A DNA stretch of 64,000 nt from Perkinsus chesapeaki ATCC PRA-425 (lineage: Eukaryota > Protista > Perkinsozoa): the NCBI GenBank assembly GCA_013115145.1, contig JAAPAO010000042.1, positions 44,082 to 108,081 on the forward strand, given 5' to 3'. Under the pieces are notes generated by a model, which had not been told where the DNA came from, searched no databases, and was given only the letters and a program-made list of their open reading frames with translations. Every line of letters begins with the position of its first letter. Position 1 is the stretch's first letter. Shown here piece after piece: positions 38,201 to 51,500 of the stretch. A program made the translations under genes and the position numbers.

Positions 38201-41200
38201 AGTGATGGTCCGGCGCCTTATCAAAAATGCACATAATAGAACTCTCAATATTTATATCGGGTACGATGTCTTTAACAGCCAGTAGGTGACGAAAGAACGA
38301 GCGAGTCCAAGTTGGTATGTTAACTTCAACCGACATGCCGGGATTTCGGGAATATCGTTTAACGTTGGAGAAATCAAACTTCTCCAATGCCGCGATAGCA
38401 ATGAAATAATTGCTAAGTATCTTAATAATAACTGAATGGATGGGTCGACTTTGGTCATCAGCTGCATCGGCAATGAACTTAGCAATAATAACAGCTTGAG
38501 CGCTGTCAATTAGAAGGAACCAAGGGACGTTCAAATAGTATAGAGCTTGAGCCCACCAGGAGCCGTGGCATTCCTCGCAGCTCTTTTCGACATCATCACG
38601 CCAATAACCGCTTTCACAAGCTGCGCACATAAAGCCTCTCATTCCCTCCAGGCATTGGCCATGAGATTTGCACGTAGTCGGTGGTGAGAGAGACGGTATG
38701 TCGGAGTCCTCCTCAACTATGCAGGACTCTACTACTGGACTGCGAAACTGTTCGCTACTCCTCACATCAGTGATTCCATAGGGCTCGAATTTTTTGGCGC
38801 CGAAAACGCTTCCGGCTGCGACCCTCTGTGGAACAATGTAATAATCGGCATTTGCTATTGGAAGCTCTTTGCCGGGACATTCAGCTACTTTAGGTCTCCC
38901 AAGTACAAGAGTTGAGCAGGGCTTGCATATAATAGAAGATGTTTGCCCGTAGCCGGCAGTGATGCCGATTTCGGCAGCTATGTCGCGGAAGCTTCCCCGG
39001 GAGCAGTAGCAGTCCTGAGGAGATGTGCCCCCCGGATTGGACTCGCTATTGAGTGGGCATGCCATCGGACAGATGTTAGAGTTACCCACACTTGATTTCA
39101 TTTGTCCGCTCTCACATAACTCGCAGACTCTGGCTTCGCTTGTCACTTCGGTTACCTCTCGGATGCGCTCCTTGGATGAAATTGCTGTTGTATCTTCGGC
39201 AACCGTTAAAGAGTTTGTGATAAAATTGGACTCTGATTCATTACTGCTGTACAAAGGTGTATTGAGTGTAACTGGGAGCCTCAGCTCACTTGCCGATCTA
39301 GCTCCATCTAGGGCTTTCCTTATGCTGCCATACCGCCAAAAGCCAATGGTCGTCCAATTATAGAGACAGGGAGCAATTGATGTTGCACAATAATATGAAG
39401 ACCACCCGAGAAGCTCGACATATCCCAGAGCATGCCAAGGACTCGATATAGAACCGTCGGCTAGAGGGCCACCCAGCACTGCGCGACCTAGTCGCACGCA
39501 GCCCACAGAGACACCAGGCCCAGCAACTGCCCATACGACAGTTAAACTAATACTGTCAGAAAGCAGTTGCTTGCTTTCCACTTTAATAGACGGTGCGTCG
39601 AAGCTATCAGCATAGCTACACATGTCGGGTGAAAGGAGATCAATGTCTTCATTTCTTGCGTAGGCTGTTACCAGTTCTCCACTACCAGTGACGATCTGCA
39701 GAGTGAAAGGTGCAATGAGGCAAATAAAGATTATCCTACCCTCAGCTTGAAGTACTTTCTCAGAATGGGCCCCTGGTCTCCCATTATCGATACTTCACTT
39801 ATAGGGACGTGCTTTCGGCCTGGAGAACACTCGCAGGCATCTATGATGGAAGCGTCAGATACTGTGGCAGACATCCTCTGAAAATAACACTGAGAATGGA
39901 AAGAAGCTTAGACGGTACCTCGTAGCCTTCCAGCTCTTGTAGGGTTGCCATACCAAACGGACATGGGATCTTAGTGGGATGTCGTGAAATCTCACGATGC
40001 CATTCGTAGTTCAAGGTCAAGTCAGACCACCGAGCCAGAGCCCTCACAGCAAGCGGAGGAGGGTCGGCATTCAGCGGGTGTTCCCTAATATCTTGCTCAG
40101 CTGTGCGCCTTCAGATCGGCTCACGTGCAGATGCTTCCTTGCCCACAAGCGACACATCTCCTGTGAGCCCAGCGATGACCTGGGCGGCAGATGCAATACG
40201 CGGGCGAGGGAGCTGTATCGATTCTAGTAACCATATCGCGACTTATAGCACGGCAGGGCGAGCAAGGAACGCTGTTCGATGTCTCTGCCTTGTAGAAGCC
40301 GAAGCCGCACCGGTGGCAGATCGGGCCGCCTGTCGGACTTGGTTTGATCCAAAACCAACCCGGACCGCACATGCAATCCTGAATGAAGGAACTATCGGTT
40401 GCGGACGTGACATTGGAGGCTCCGGTCCGGAGTTGAGATGGGACAAAGAAGTTACTGTATCACATCATGTGATAACATAATAACATCATAATAGCATCAT
40501 GTGCGCATAAAAACATCGCATGTGATTTACATGCGATGTTTTTATGCGCAGAACAATCAAGAGGGGCATGCTGCGAGGTTTACCTCTATCGTTCGACCCA
40601 CCGTGCCCGGCGGGACTAGGCTTCCAATGGGGCAAGGCGACAAAGAGTTACTATCCCTGCCTGGGAACCATTGGAATAGCCTGGCCGACTCCTCCTGGAT
40701 GGAAACGTTCTGGGCGACGGAGAACGGGAGAGGCTGAGAGAAGACAATGAGTTTCCACAAAGAAGGAGGACTTACGGAGATCTTGCTTAATGAAGAAAAA
40801 ACCACCAAGTCATCATCAACAGAGCTCTTCAATTCCGCCTCAAACTGTTCGATTGTCTGCAAGAATGTTTCCTCAATTGTTGACACCACTGTGGATGACG
40901 CTACTATCTGAAAACCGACCTATCAGACGCTTAACGAATTTTCAAACTTTAATGGTGACATCAACAGCTGTTAGGCTCCGTTGGTCTTGCAAGCGGCGGC
41001 GATCGGTACCGTCCACTGGGCGCCTAGGAAAGCTAGTGGAGAGCCCTTCTATAAAACACGCCAGGTCTTCTTCTAACGCATCCTTGCACAGGAGATTGGA
41101 CACGACCGTCATGATTCTCTCAGCGACGAGAGTTGTCGAACCATCGCTGGTGTCACCGATGGTCTGAAATGTCCAACTATGCTAGTCGACTTCGATCGAA

Positions 41201-44200
41201 TTGCACACCTCGGGGTCATCGATCCCATCCAGCTCGTATCTCAGTACCATCGGAACCCTAGCTCTCGATGCTAGCCCTAGGGAGTATGAGATGCTGGCAA
41301 ATAATCGCTTTGACTTCCGTTTGGCCTACCGCTTTGACAAAGCATCCCTACTGGACACTTTATGCACCCCACAGGATCTCTAGGAGCGGTAGGATCACCA
41401 ACATAGCTAAGAATGTAGCCATCCAAGCACTTGCAATCTAGTAGTCCCCTCGCGCCCAAATCAGAGGTCGAGCCTACAGCAGGTACACTGCTTGAAGGGG
41501 GACTGAAGCACCCTCGAGGACACGTAGAGAGGTTTGCCACGGTATTCTTGTAGGTCCCTTCAGGACACTCGAGACACATACCAGTCGTCTGATTCAAATA
41601 CCGGCCAAGGTCACAAACGCAGTCTTCGGCCTTTGCTGCCCCCACGGCAGAGGTCGTCAAACCAGGACTGCACCGGAGGGGCTTCCTTCCACCAGGGCAA
41701 TAGTTACCGAGTGGACAGGGCTCGCAAAGCAGCTCCGCTACGTCTAATGCTACAGAAGCAGAGCCTGCGAGGGTTACAGTATAATAACCAGGAAGACAGA
41801 GGCAACCTCGTGAGCTACTGTCCCATGTACTGAACTGAGGGCAAACTGTGAACCTCTTCAACTCATGCGGAAGCGCCGAAATCATCTGTGCTTCGCTGCC
41901 ATAGGTCAAGTTAGGCTGACCCAGGAGACTTAGACGATTGTATTGGACGGTGAGCTCTACCAACGGATCATCGTAACTGCTCGGTGCTTGACATATTTTG
42001 TACACTCCTTTTGTGAGAGGAAATGAGTTGGAAGCTTCGATTAAAGCTAGGATATCAGTAAGTGTGAACGACAAGGTGTTGGAAGATTCCCAGACCGGCT
42101 CCATTCGATTCCGGGGAATAGTCGCAGCGATATCATCAGCATCGCCGAGCGTGAAGTCACCACACGGGGAGACCCTGATAAACCACACCATCATATGAAA
42201 ACGTATCGTGCTTTACTCAGATGTAAGCAACACCAACCCCCTCTCAGGGACCAGGGAGCTTGGGATGTTGAATATAGTGTCTGCGTATATTCCTTCGGTA
42301 GCAGGCTCAGTGCACCCCAAGGGTTCAGCAATGAGGAGCGTTCCAACGACCGCACCATAGTCGGTTAATGAACCGCATGCCGGGCGGTCGCTTGCGCTGT
42401 GAGGTACAGCCGAGCACCTGGAAAGTACTATGGGCTCTACTAGTGTAGAAAGGATTCGGGTAGCTAGCTAAGTAGAAACAGCGATCTTCTGTGGGATGCC
42501 TCAACCCACCAGCACATTATGTACTCGTCCACTTTCGACGTGAGGAAGTCCCCCTCTATGGTCGGGTTCCAACTGACTGACACTCCTCCGTTGTAGGCCG
42601 GACGAGATGATGCCGGTACGCCACTTATCGCAGACCACTCTCCTTTTGGCCCATAGAGAGCGCTTCCTGCAAGAGTGAATGCATTAGCTTCACTAAGCTA
42701 AGAAGTTTGCTACTCTCTGGATCGCCGGGGCACGCGCTGTCATGAGGTGTTAGCTCCGGGATGTAGCCGCCGATTTGTCCTCTTCGACTAACTACCCTTA
42801 TTCGATCGCCGTCCGTCGAAGATATGCCTGATTAACAGCCACATTACCACAAAAGAGAAAAGGATGTACCTCTGAGAGCCTCGATAGTACAAGAGCTGCT
42901 GCCGTAAAGGCATACTGCTACTTGGTTCGGGTACGGTCCACGAACTTGAAAGATGCCAGCTTCTGCATCAGACATGGCTTCCGTTAAGGTATAGTGAAGT
43001 CTACCTGCCCTATAGAGCGTGGAGATCAGCGCTTCCCTGGTTCGCGGGATTTGCTCAAAGCTCGCGGAGGTTGATTCTGTTGACCAACATATACGGTACG
43101 TGCCCGGTGATGTAGTGATGAGAGGGTGACTGAAGGTTACCTAAATCAGCTAGGGTCTGGTAGGCCGAGGTCCTCAGACGATGACCACAGGCTACTGTGA
43201 GGTGACGCTATTCAACAGACTAGAGACGGCTCACTTGGACATCTGCTAGCTGTCGTTGGTCTTCATGAGGATGGGAGACCAGTGTATATTGAGTACCGCT
43301 GAATGGCACAACTTCCGAATCTACCCCTGAAGAAACAGGAAGTCAGGTATTGAGTCACACGGCCCTGTCTACCATTATAGCAGTCTCTATATCCATTATC
43401 TAGTGGCCTCAGCAAGATACTGTCTTTGCCGACAGTAGACAGTCCTTGTCCTCTCAGCACAAGAGAAAGCTGTCGGCCGCGGTAACCGAAACCGTCCTCA
43501 TTGAGGCGCTCATTCGGCCCGTTGACGATGAGCCTCCCGACAATAGCGTGAAAGTCACCAGAGTTGATACAGGACACTTCAGATGATATTCGACACCAGC
43601 AGATAGCGTAGCTGCCAATATCAGTCGAAATAGGCGCTATCGACCCGAACGTGAAGGTGCTACCATCTTCAGATGCATCGACGGAACGGCCATTATTCGG
43701 GAGCCCTAGGAAGACGCCAGAATACGTCAAAGGGTTCAAATGTTCACCTGGAACTGCGTAGCCAGCATCTGACCCACAAGCGTCGCTAATTAAAATGTTG
43801 TCTGTGGTTCCCGAAAGTGCTCGCCCCTCGATCCCAGTCAATGAAAGGGCTGGCTGCCCTTTGACAACGTGCAGTCTATGGTCAGGGTCTGACAAGTTGA
43901 ACCAATAGGAGACAGCCTTGGCGGAAACCTATGCTACTCACACGGGCCGATCACATCAACTTTGGCAGTGACGGCAAGGTTACTCGAAACGTTCGGTGGT
44001 GCCCAGACCACAGGCAGGGTAAAGTGCTGGTGGTTATCGCACTGAGTTGCCGAATGTGAGGGAGAACAGTAACACTGAACAAATGAGTTTATGGGAGATC
44101 TTGTAGTGGGGGAAGTTACCAAGTTATAAGATCCAGGAAATGATTGTACTCTACCCGACCAGGAGTAGTGCTGTTCTTGCATGGCATCACCGTCGATGAG

Positions 44201-44611
44201 TGAGCCTCCCGTCCTAGGATGACCGATCGCCTCGGAGTCTGAGAAGCCCCATACACCGGCTCCAAGACCGCACTCATCGTCAACAACGATGATCTGAATC
44301 ACGTATGAATGTAAATGCTGCTGCCTGTACACAATGTTACTCGGTCACCCTGGGACAAGCCGTAGCCACGAACAGAGATCTCAAACGGTATTCCTCTGAT
44401 GGCGGTGAACACTGCCTTGTCTGTCTGAGGGCCCAGTCCAAGCACTACCACAACAATGGAAATTGTGTGGACTAGGAAGCAGCCCATGTGGAGAAGGGCT
44501 CCTCGGAAAGGTGGCTTGACGCTGAATGTATCTCGTTGAAGTACTAGAACTCAAAAACGATACTTCTGGTAATACCAGACTGGTATATAACACTTTTTGT
44601 AAATGATACAA
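35248..44611 (-). CDS. Giant cysteine-repeat multi-pass membrane protein (CRMP-like, GCC2/GCC3 ephrin-receptor-like repeats)
   Basis: GSYxxCxC...GxLxVxGP beta-sandwich modules (43263-44332); repeated C..CPxGxYK...C / DCxCxxGY modules (39000-42200); CLEGMRGFMCAACESGYW; multi-TM region with YGFLYLGFETRCWYWESV and PYDDRQRGLLDALE; long cytosolic tail; 5' end not located. Confidence 0.85.
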
Positions 44612-45164
44612 GTTATTGAAACTTCACTTGAGCCCTATCGGTCAGCGGTCCTAGCCAATTGCTGGGAAAGGGAAAGAAACTATACAGATTCCGGGGGGAT
44701 TGCGCACATGCTCAGTATCGCACTACGGGACTTGATCACGTCATCTCAGGGTTCCGCCGAGCTCTAATATTTCATAAACAAATGAAGACGCAAAAGTGAA
44801 TCTTCGTGAGATTGTCGCCTACAACATGGAGAACAGGGTCCTTGATTGTAAGCAGCTGGCAGTCATGGTGAATCATTATATTATTCACATGGGTGCAGAG
44901 GGTCGCGGAACAGAACTGTTTTTATGCAGTTCGTTTATATCAATTACTCTTATCTTTCATTGCTGGATATCTATCGCATTTTAATTGTAGAGCAGATAAT
45001 AGAGGGCTTCAAATTGATTGTTTACAAATGGCGCGGCAAGCTTACAACGATAGGGAGTGAATGATGGATATTGCCCAATGACAATTAGCGCCAAATTCAA
45101 ACTGTATAATATGAGCTCAAAACAAATAAGTAGATGTAGAAACCAAATAATTGATTCGTAAGAA

Positions 45165-47516
45165 CTACTCATCATGCAACACAACTTCGGTAGGCCATGA
45201 GCCATACTTGTTATTCCATTTTATATAGTCCTCGAGTTTGCCTTCACTTGGAGGGGTGTGGGCGAGGGCATCTTCAAGATCACCTTCGCAAAGTGGCCTG
45301 GGACTAACAGTAGCGCTGCCCTCATCTGCTGACAAACTAGCTAGGGCTTCTCGTATAGGCACCTGACTGCCACTGATCATGCTAAACCAGCTGGAATGGT
45401 ATCACCATCGCAGCGGTGCACATCAACTGTTTTATATCGCTACCAGAGTAACCTCGAGTACTTCCGGCAAGTCGATCGATCACACACTCATCGATTTGGG
45501 GTGCTTCAATTGACATACTGGAATGATGGAGGTGCAACAGTCGGTGAATTAGATATTTGCGTGCCTTCTGTCCAGGCAGAGGAGTGTAACTAACACTCCC
45601 TCAAACTCATCACCCGAACACGCCTTTTCGCCTCACAGTTTTTTTGGAAAACGTCTAAGTGCCGCAGCGTCTATCTGCCACGGCAAATTCGTGGCTCCAA
45701 GGAACAATATTCGCGACTCGGGCTTGCTGGTGATACCATCGAGAGCCGCAAGGAACTCATTCTTCAATCGCCGAGTTGATTCATGGTCACCCTCGGACCT
45801 GGCGCCAAGGACGCTATCAATCTGAAGGAAGCGATGGACAATCTGAGGACGCCGCGGAGAGTTGACCTCGTCTATGAAGATGACCGTGGGCTCGTAATGA
45901 TCCGCCACTTGAAAAAGTGTGTTAACCATTTTTTCGCTCTCGCCAATCCATTTGGAGAATAATGTGGAGGCAGACACGTTTATAAAGGTTGCATTTACTT
46001 TGGAGGCTATCCACCTCCCGAGCATTGTTTTACCGGTACCTTCAATACGGTGATAAAGGCGTAATTGGTATTCACTGTTGACCGCTGTCAGTTGTGTAAA
46101 GTCTTTAGTTGAGATTTCACGACCGAGGGCTTCTTTAAGGCCTTCAGAACAAGTTGAGAGAGACTCTAAACGGCCCGTCTAATAGACTCGAATTAAGTGA
46201 ACGGTTTATGAGTCATCATGGAGAATTGGAGAGTTGTTAAGTACAATGCCAAACAATTAACTAGCGCAGCAACGAACAGTGCATGCAAACAAGCAGCTCT
46301 TCATAGTTTAGTCATCGATGTGCAATCCGGTTCAATATATTATTAGATACTTGATGAGGTTGAATAACTAACCTGGTGGTCCGAAGAGTAGGATGCCTCG
46401 TGGCGGTCTTGTCAATGGTGATGCAAAAAGATGAGGAAACCGTTGAGGCATTATTAGAACCTCCGTTATCGTTTGCTTGGCGAACTTCAAACCTATAAGG
46501 TCGATCATGCATTTCACAGTATAAAAAGATACCAGCGATGTCCTCATCTCGAACCTTATTAGAGTCTGTCGGGCTTATTCGTAGTGCTTCTATGGCCTCT
46601 ACCATTTCTGGTTGCAAATGATCCAATGACGATGAGCCTGATACCACAGACTGGCGGAGATCAGTGGTTTGTCCCGCCACACTTCGTTTATTTTCATCAT
46701 CTTTCCTTGTCGACGATGCCCTGCAAGATACACCTTACTTTTCATGTACACTTCACAGACATACCCCTTCCTCAGTTGACCTCCGGAACCTGCTCTGGCG
46801 ATCCGTGACAGGAGACCATTAGCAGCATCATTAATAGTTGCCGACTCGGGTGAATTGCTTCGCTCATCTCGTCCTCGTTTGCTATGCATTCTACCATCTT
46901 CAAGGCCGAGCTCTGTTATTAGCGACTCGCCTAAGCTATCAGTATTGAACTCCTCAGTTGCTTCAAACTGCTGTTGCTGCTGGCCTGTTACCGACACCTG
47001 GCAAGATCTCCTTACTCCGTGGACCGGATTTAAAATGGCCGTGGGCGAGCGTACGCCTATAATAACATTACAAAGCATCCCCAGCTCAGTGAGATTCATC
47101 TCTATCTACTCTCAGCTACCAACTAAAGACATTACTGCTAGCGGCAGCGAAAACTCTATTCGTTGTGAACGGTAAAAGACCGAGGTGCTTACAATTTGCT
47201 GCCATAACAGCACGTCCTGTTTAACTCGGTCATTCGTGAAAACCCGAGGTCTTTCTTCCAACCATTTCCTCCCCAATAAACTAACAGTATATGCTTGGTC
47301 AGCTTTCGAGCTTGACTGCATGTCATCAGCCTCTATCAGGGCCATAGCTACCTGTTCACCAATAGCCAATGGGAAGAAGGATGGACCTCTCCTCACTTGA
47401 AGGCTCCTCATCAAATTTTTGTTACTGAGCTCATTGCACTGGTGCTGTGGATTTGTGCCATCCCGAATGTGCGCCAGCAAAGAGGGCAAAATGTCACCCT
47501 CAAACGGGGAGGACAT
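45165..47516 (-). CDS. FIGNL1: Fidgetin-like 1 AAA ATPase (spastin/katanin/fidgetin clade)
   Basis: [29 protein letters not shown]|TGKTMLG Walker [16 protein letters not shown]|IDS Walker [18 protein letters not shown], Vps4-C-type [10 protein letters not shown]. Confidence 0.88.
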
Positions 47517-47860
47517 ATTTCTGGAAAACTGCTACAGCAATCGTTTTTCACCGGAGAAATACATTTTCGAAAACTAATGGCTGCATTTAATGGGCCAAGC
47601 TAAGTATGATGTATCACTGAGACACGAACATCGTCACGCTCAAAGAAAGGTAGACTTCGCCAAGGGCGGGCGATGGCGCCATTCGCACCTTGTCGAGCGC
47701 TGCGTTATTTCCATCGTCCGACTGATGAGTTGATTTATGTTTGGAATCTGAGGTTGATGCTTGCACTTGCCATAGTCTTAGTTTTATAATGAAATGGCTC
47801 TCGGCAGCACTCCTCTCATCTTGGGTGATTATGACTATCCAATCGACCCTGAGTTGACCT

Positions 47861-48166
47861 ATGTTCCCAGTTTTCCACGTAATCGCTATCACTACTATTT
47901 TCAGTCACTTACTTTTTATCCCGACCACACAGTCTTCGGTTAGGAGAGATCACGAAGAAAATATCTATTATCAATGCCAATATGAGTTGCAGAGAGAGAG
48001 GAACTCTTTAACCGTGAAGTTATACGGTGGGCAGTGGGAACAGGCGGTGGAAGATTCGAAGGGTGTTCTTAAGGAGGGATCCCGTCGCATTCGTATGGCA
48101 GCGAACGGCCTTCACCTCACCTTTCATGCGGAGCGGAGGACACTAATCTACAAATTGAAGGAGTGA
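47861..48166 (+). CDS. Small intronless putative secreted protein
   Basis: 101-aa ORF with hydrophobic N-terminus MFPVFHVIAITTIFSHLLFIPTTQS. Confidence 0.45.
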   Translation: MFPVFHVIAITTIFSHLLFIPTTQSSVRRDHEENIYYQCQYELQRERNSLTVKLYGGQWEQAVEDSKGVLKEGSRRIRMAANGLHLTFHAERRTLIYKLKE

Positions 48167-48513
48167 CTAACATACATTATTTATTGTCCGACTAAATCGC
48201 TTTTTTGAGTTACCAAGTATGAATAAATTCGCCGACCGACACACACGGAAGTTGCTTCCAATGACTCAGGTGCCCGAGCGGTGGCGGCGATCGTGATTGA
48301 CTACCAACAAACTGCATAAGGATTGGAAACCATCATACTGACTGACTGCAATTATTCTTATTTGATATCTTAATCGTAATAGTCATTATTTTAACCAACA
48401 TCAGGTGTAGAGGGGCAACTAATTAGTAATCACACTCGAGAGGAACCCTCCTCCTCATTTTCCTTCATCAATCGACTGTCGCTAGCCGCGACTGCATAGG
48501 GGTCGTTTAAAAC

Positions 48514-51500
48514 CTACATATTGGATTCTGACACCTCTAGCTTCACAGTGTAAAACACTTACGTCTCCAAAGGCTTCAAATACAAGACCGGCCGGAAGAG
48601 AGAACAGGGCCACGCCGACCAGAGCCAAGATAACGCAGAGGCACTTACCCGGTGGAGTGAAGTCTACTAAGCCCCATTCACCTAAAACCGATGTGATGAC
48701 GATGGAGGCAGACGGTGAGCTTACCGCCGAGGAACACTGCAGTGTAATACATACTAGAAGGGATCGAATCGAATGGTTGACCGATCCACTTGGTGGAAAA
48801 ATCGCTTGTGTGTTCAAACTCGTAGAAGAGGCAAGATGCGAACAACCATATCTGAAGGTAAAAGATACTCTGGTGCGCAGCCGGAAGATTTTTACAATAG
48901 CAGCGAAGATACCGGTAGACAGAACAGACTCGCGGCACTCCGACCAAACCAATGACAGCCTCTGCCACGCAACCAGGAAGTGCTCTAATAGGAGAATCTA
49001 TACAGAAAGGAAGTCTGATGGAGAACAGAAAACTGTAAGCTTTGCGCACCCTGAAGATTCTGAAGACGCGGAAGATACTCGCGTCGAACTGCTGCGATGA
49101 GGGTTCGATGGCCAGAATGAAGCACTCTATCCAAAATGGTAGAATTGACATAAGGTCGACCAACCCCAGGAAAGATTTGAGATACTTTCCTCGTCGACAC
49201 CCGACCAGTGGATTCGCCGGGGAACTATACAGACGAGCAAGATAGTCAAACGTGAAGATGCTGACCTGATCGAGGCAAGTAGGAAAAACCGGCTGAGTCA
49301 GACTTACCGAGACAAGCTCGAAGTAGTTGAACATATCCTTGCCCATGATCGACAGAATCGCCGACTCGCTCTCCAGCAGAACAGCCACTATATTAAGTAA
49401 AATCAAAGCCACCATAAAAGCGCCATATAGCTTATTATGATTAACTAAGCAATGCGCCCGATAAACGAAGGTCCCTGAATAGAGATATGAATACAACCTT
49501 ACCAGCTACTTACTCTTGCGTCGCTCCGCTAGCTCTCTCATTTGAACTAAGCGAGTCTCCACGATGAGGCCTTCGAGTCTCTTCCTTACCATGTAGCGTC
49601 GTACGTGCTTTCCGATAACACCAGCGGCCTCTTTGCGTCGTTGCCTCTCACGAAGCCTCTCCCCTTTAAGCGCTGCAGTGAATGCTGCAGCCAGCAGACC
49701 AGCCGGCACTGCAGTGACGCCAACTGCAATGACGACCGTCAAAGCAAGGATAATCTTCCCACTAGGTGTGTAGTCGATGAGGGGGAAGTCGCCGGTGAGG
49801 TGGACCATGGCATACGGTACCATAGAAGATATAAGCGAGCTGTATCTCTCGGCCTGGGGAGTTCCAGGTGTACCGGCCAGCTCAGAATCATTGTGTTCAG
49901 CGAGCCACAACAGACCACCAAGGCACAGCCACATAGCCAGAACCACGTAAAGAGCGTTACTCAGGCACTTCCTCTGGGCCTTAACAACCCGAACGAAAAG
50001 TGCACAAGTCGACGAAAGGAACTCCAGGTTGATGATTCTCATCAACCTTAGTAGGCGGAATTCACCATCGTAGCGATCAGTCAAACTCCAACCGGTGAAG
50101 ACCGTCAACCACCAGGGGAGGATCGACAGGAGATCGGCGAGGGAGAGCAGTGTGCTGGCCTGGGCCCATCGCATCGATTGCGGACTGACAAATCCTCGAG
50201 GGCACCACTTCACATAATTTAGCGGCGCGCAGTAAATACGGAGAGAATAGTCCAGAGTGAAGGCCAGCACGACAAAGGTCTCAGCGATGCCGAAAGAGCA
50301 TCTAACCCACGCGGGCCAGGAGCTGTTGTAGGCCGGTAGGGTCTCGAGCACCGCCACTAGTGTGCTGATGACCAGACAGAATGCGAGCCATTTCTGGTAT
50401 CTTCGTGACCAATACTGCATGGTCGCACCTTTCACCCACTCGAGCCGCCAGCGGTTGTCAGACTCCTTGGGGTAGATCAATGTGAAGATGCGACGCTGAA
50501 ACGGCGACGGTGATGCATCACGGTGGGCAGCAGCAGCAGCAGCATCTGCTGGCGGGGCCGCGACCGCGAGTTGTTCCTGTCGAGGATCCTGTGACGGACT
50601 GTCGACTAGGAAAGGCTCCAACCTGAAGAGGAAATGAAGTTAATAGTAATAATAAAGTGGGATGATTTTGATAGTAAGTATCAATATATTATGTGCAATG
50701 TTGGAAATTTACCAACAGAGATTCAGCTATTATTGAGTAGGTGGTAGAACCATCCTTCAGTGTAATAATGCGTTTATCGTAATGACTTGTATCATATCAC
50801 TCAGCAGCACTGTGCTGTATAATAAACTCTCTGCAATGATCTGCGTGTTGGATCATGATCATGATTATTTATTATTATAAAATATACAACAGCGATACGG
50901 TTATAATATTTATATAACACTTCATAAAGTCGGGAAAAATGTCAGATATCGAAAGATACTAGCAAACTCACCTATCCTGCATCCCAGCCCCGAGGACACC
51001 CAGTGGGACAGCCACCACACCAACAGCGAACATGCCGAGGGCACCTGTAATGATCGAACCAGGAAGGGAATAGTCACCCAATGGAGATTCGCCAGATACA
51101 TTTAATAAAGTCAACCAAAGACTGCCATCTAATGTCGAGTAGTAGCGAGCAACCTGAGCTAAAAAATATCTTTACCAACTTCCCCGAAGCTGACCTTCAA
51201 GTCCGAGGCGTATCTTTCTGTGTAATACATAACCTCCGACATCAACAACCACAAACCCGCCGCCAGGCTCCCCATATAAATGAGCAGCGTTCTACTGTCA
51301 CTCAGAATCCTACGGAAGTACGCAAAACCGCAAAGATATCTTTCGAGCTTGAACACGCGCAGCAGCAAGAGAGCCCAAAGATACTCGTTATTCGGCATGA
51401 ACCAAAGCAACAGACCCGGCACCACCGCGATGACGTCAATCACACCATAAGGGCTGCCCAAGGCATACTCCCCCAGCCTGGCTTGAACCCTAGGGAACCT

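Noticed and set aside
26493-47516. CEP290, CRMP-like and fidgetin-like genes as a functional flagellar/invasion cluster
   Set aside because: Adjacency alone is not evidence of co-function in a eukaryote
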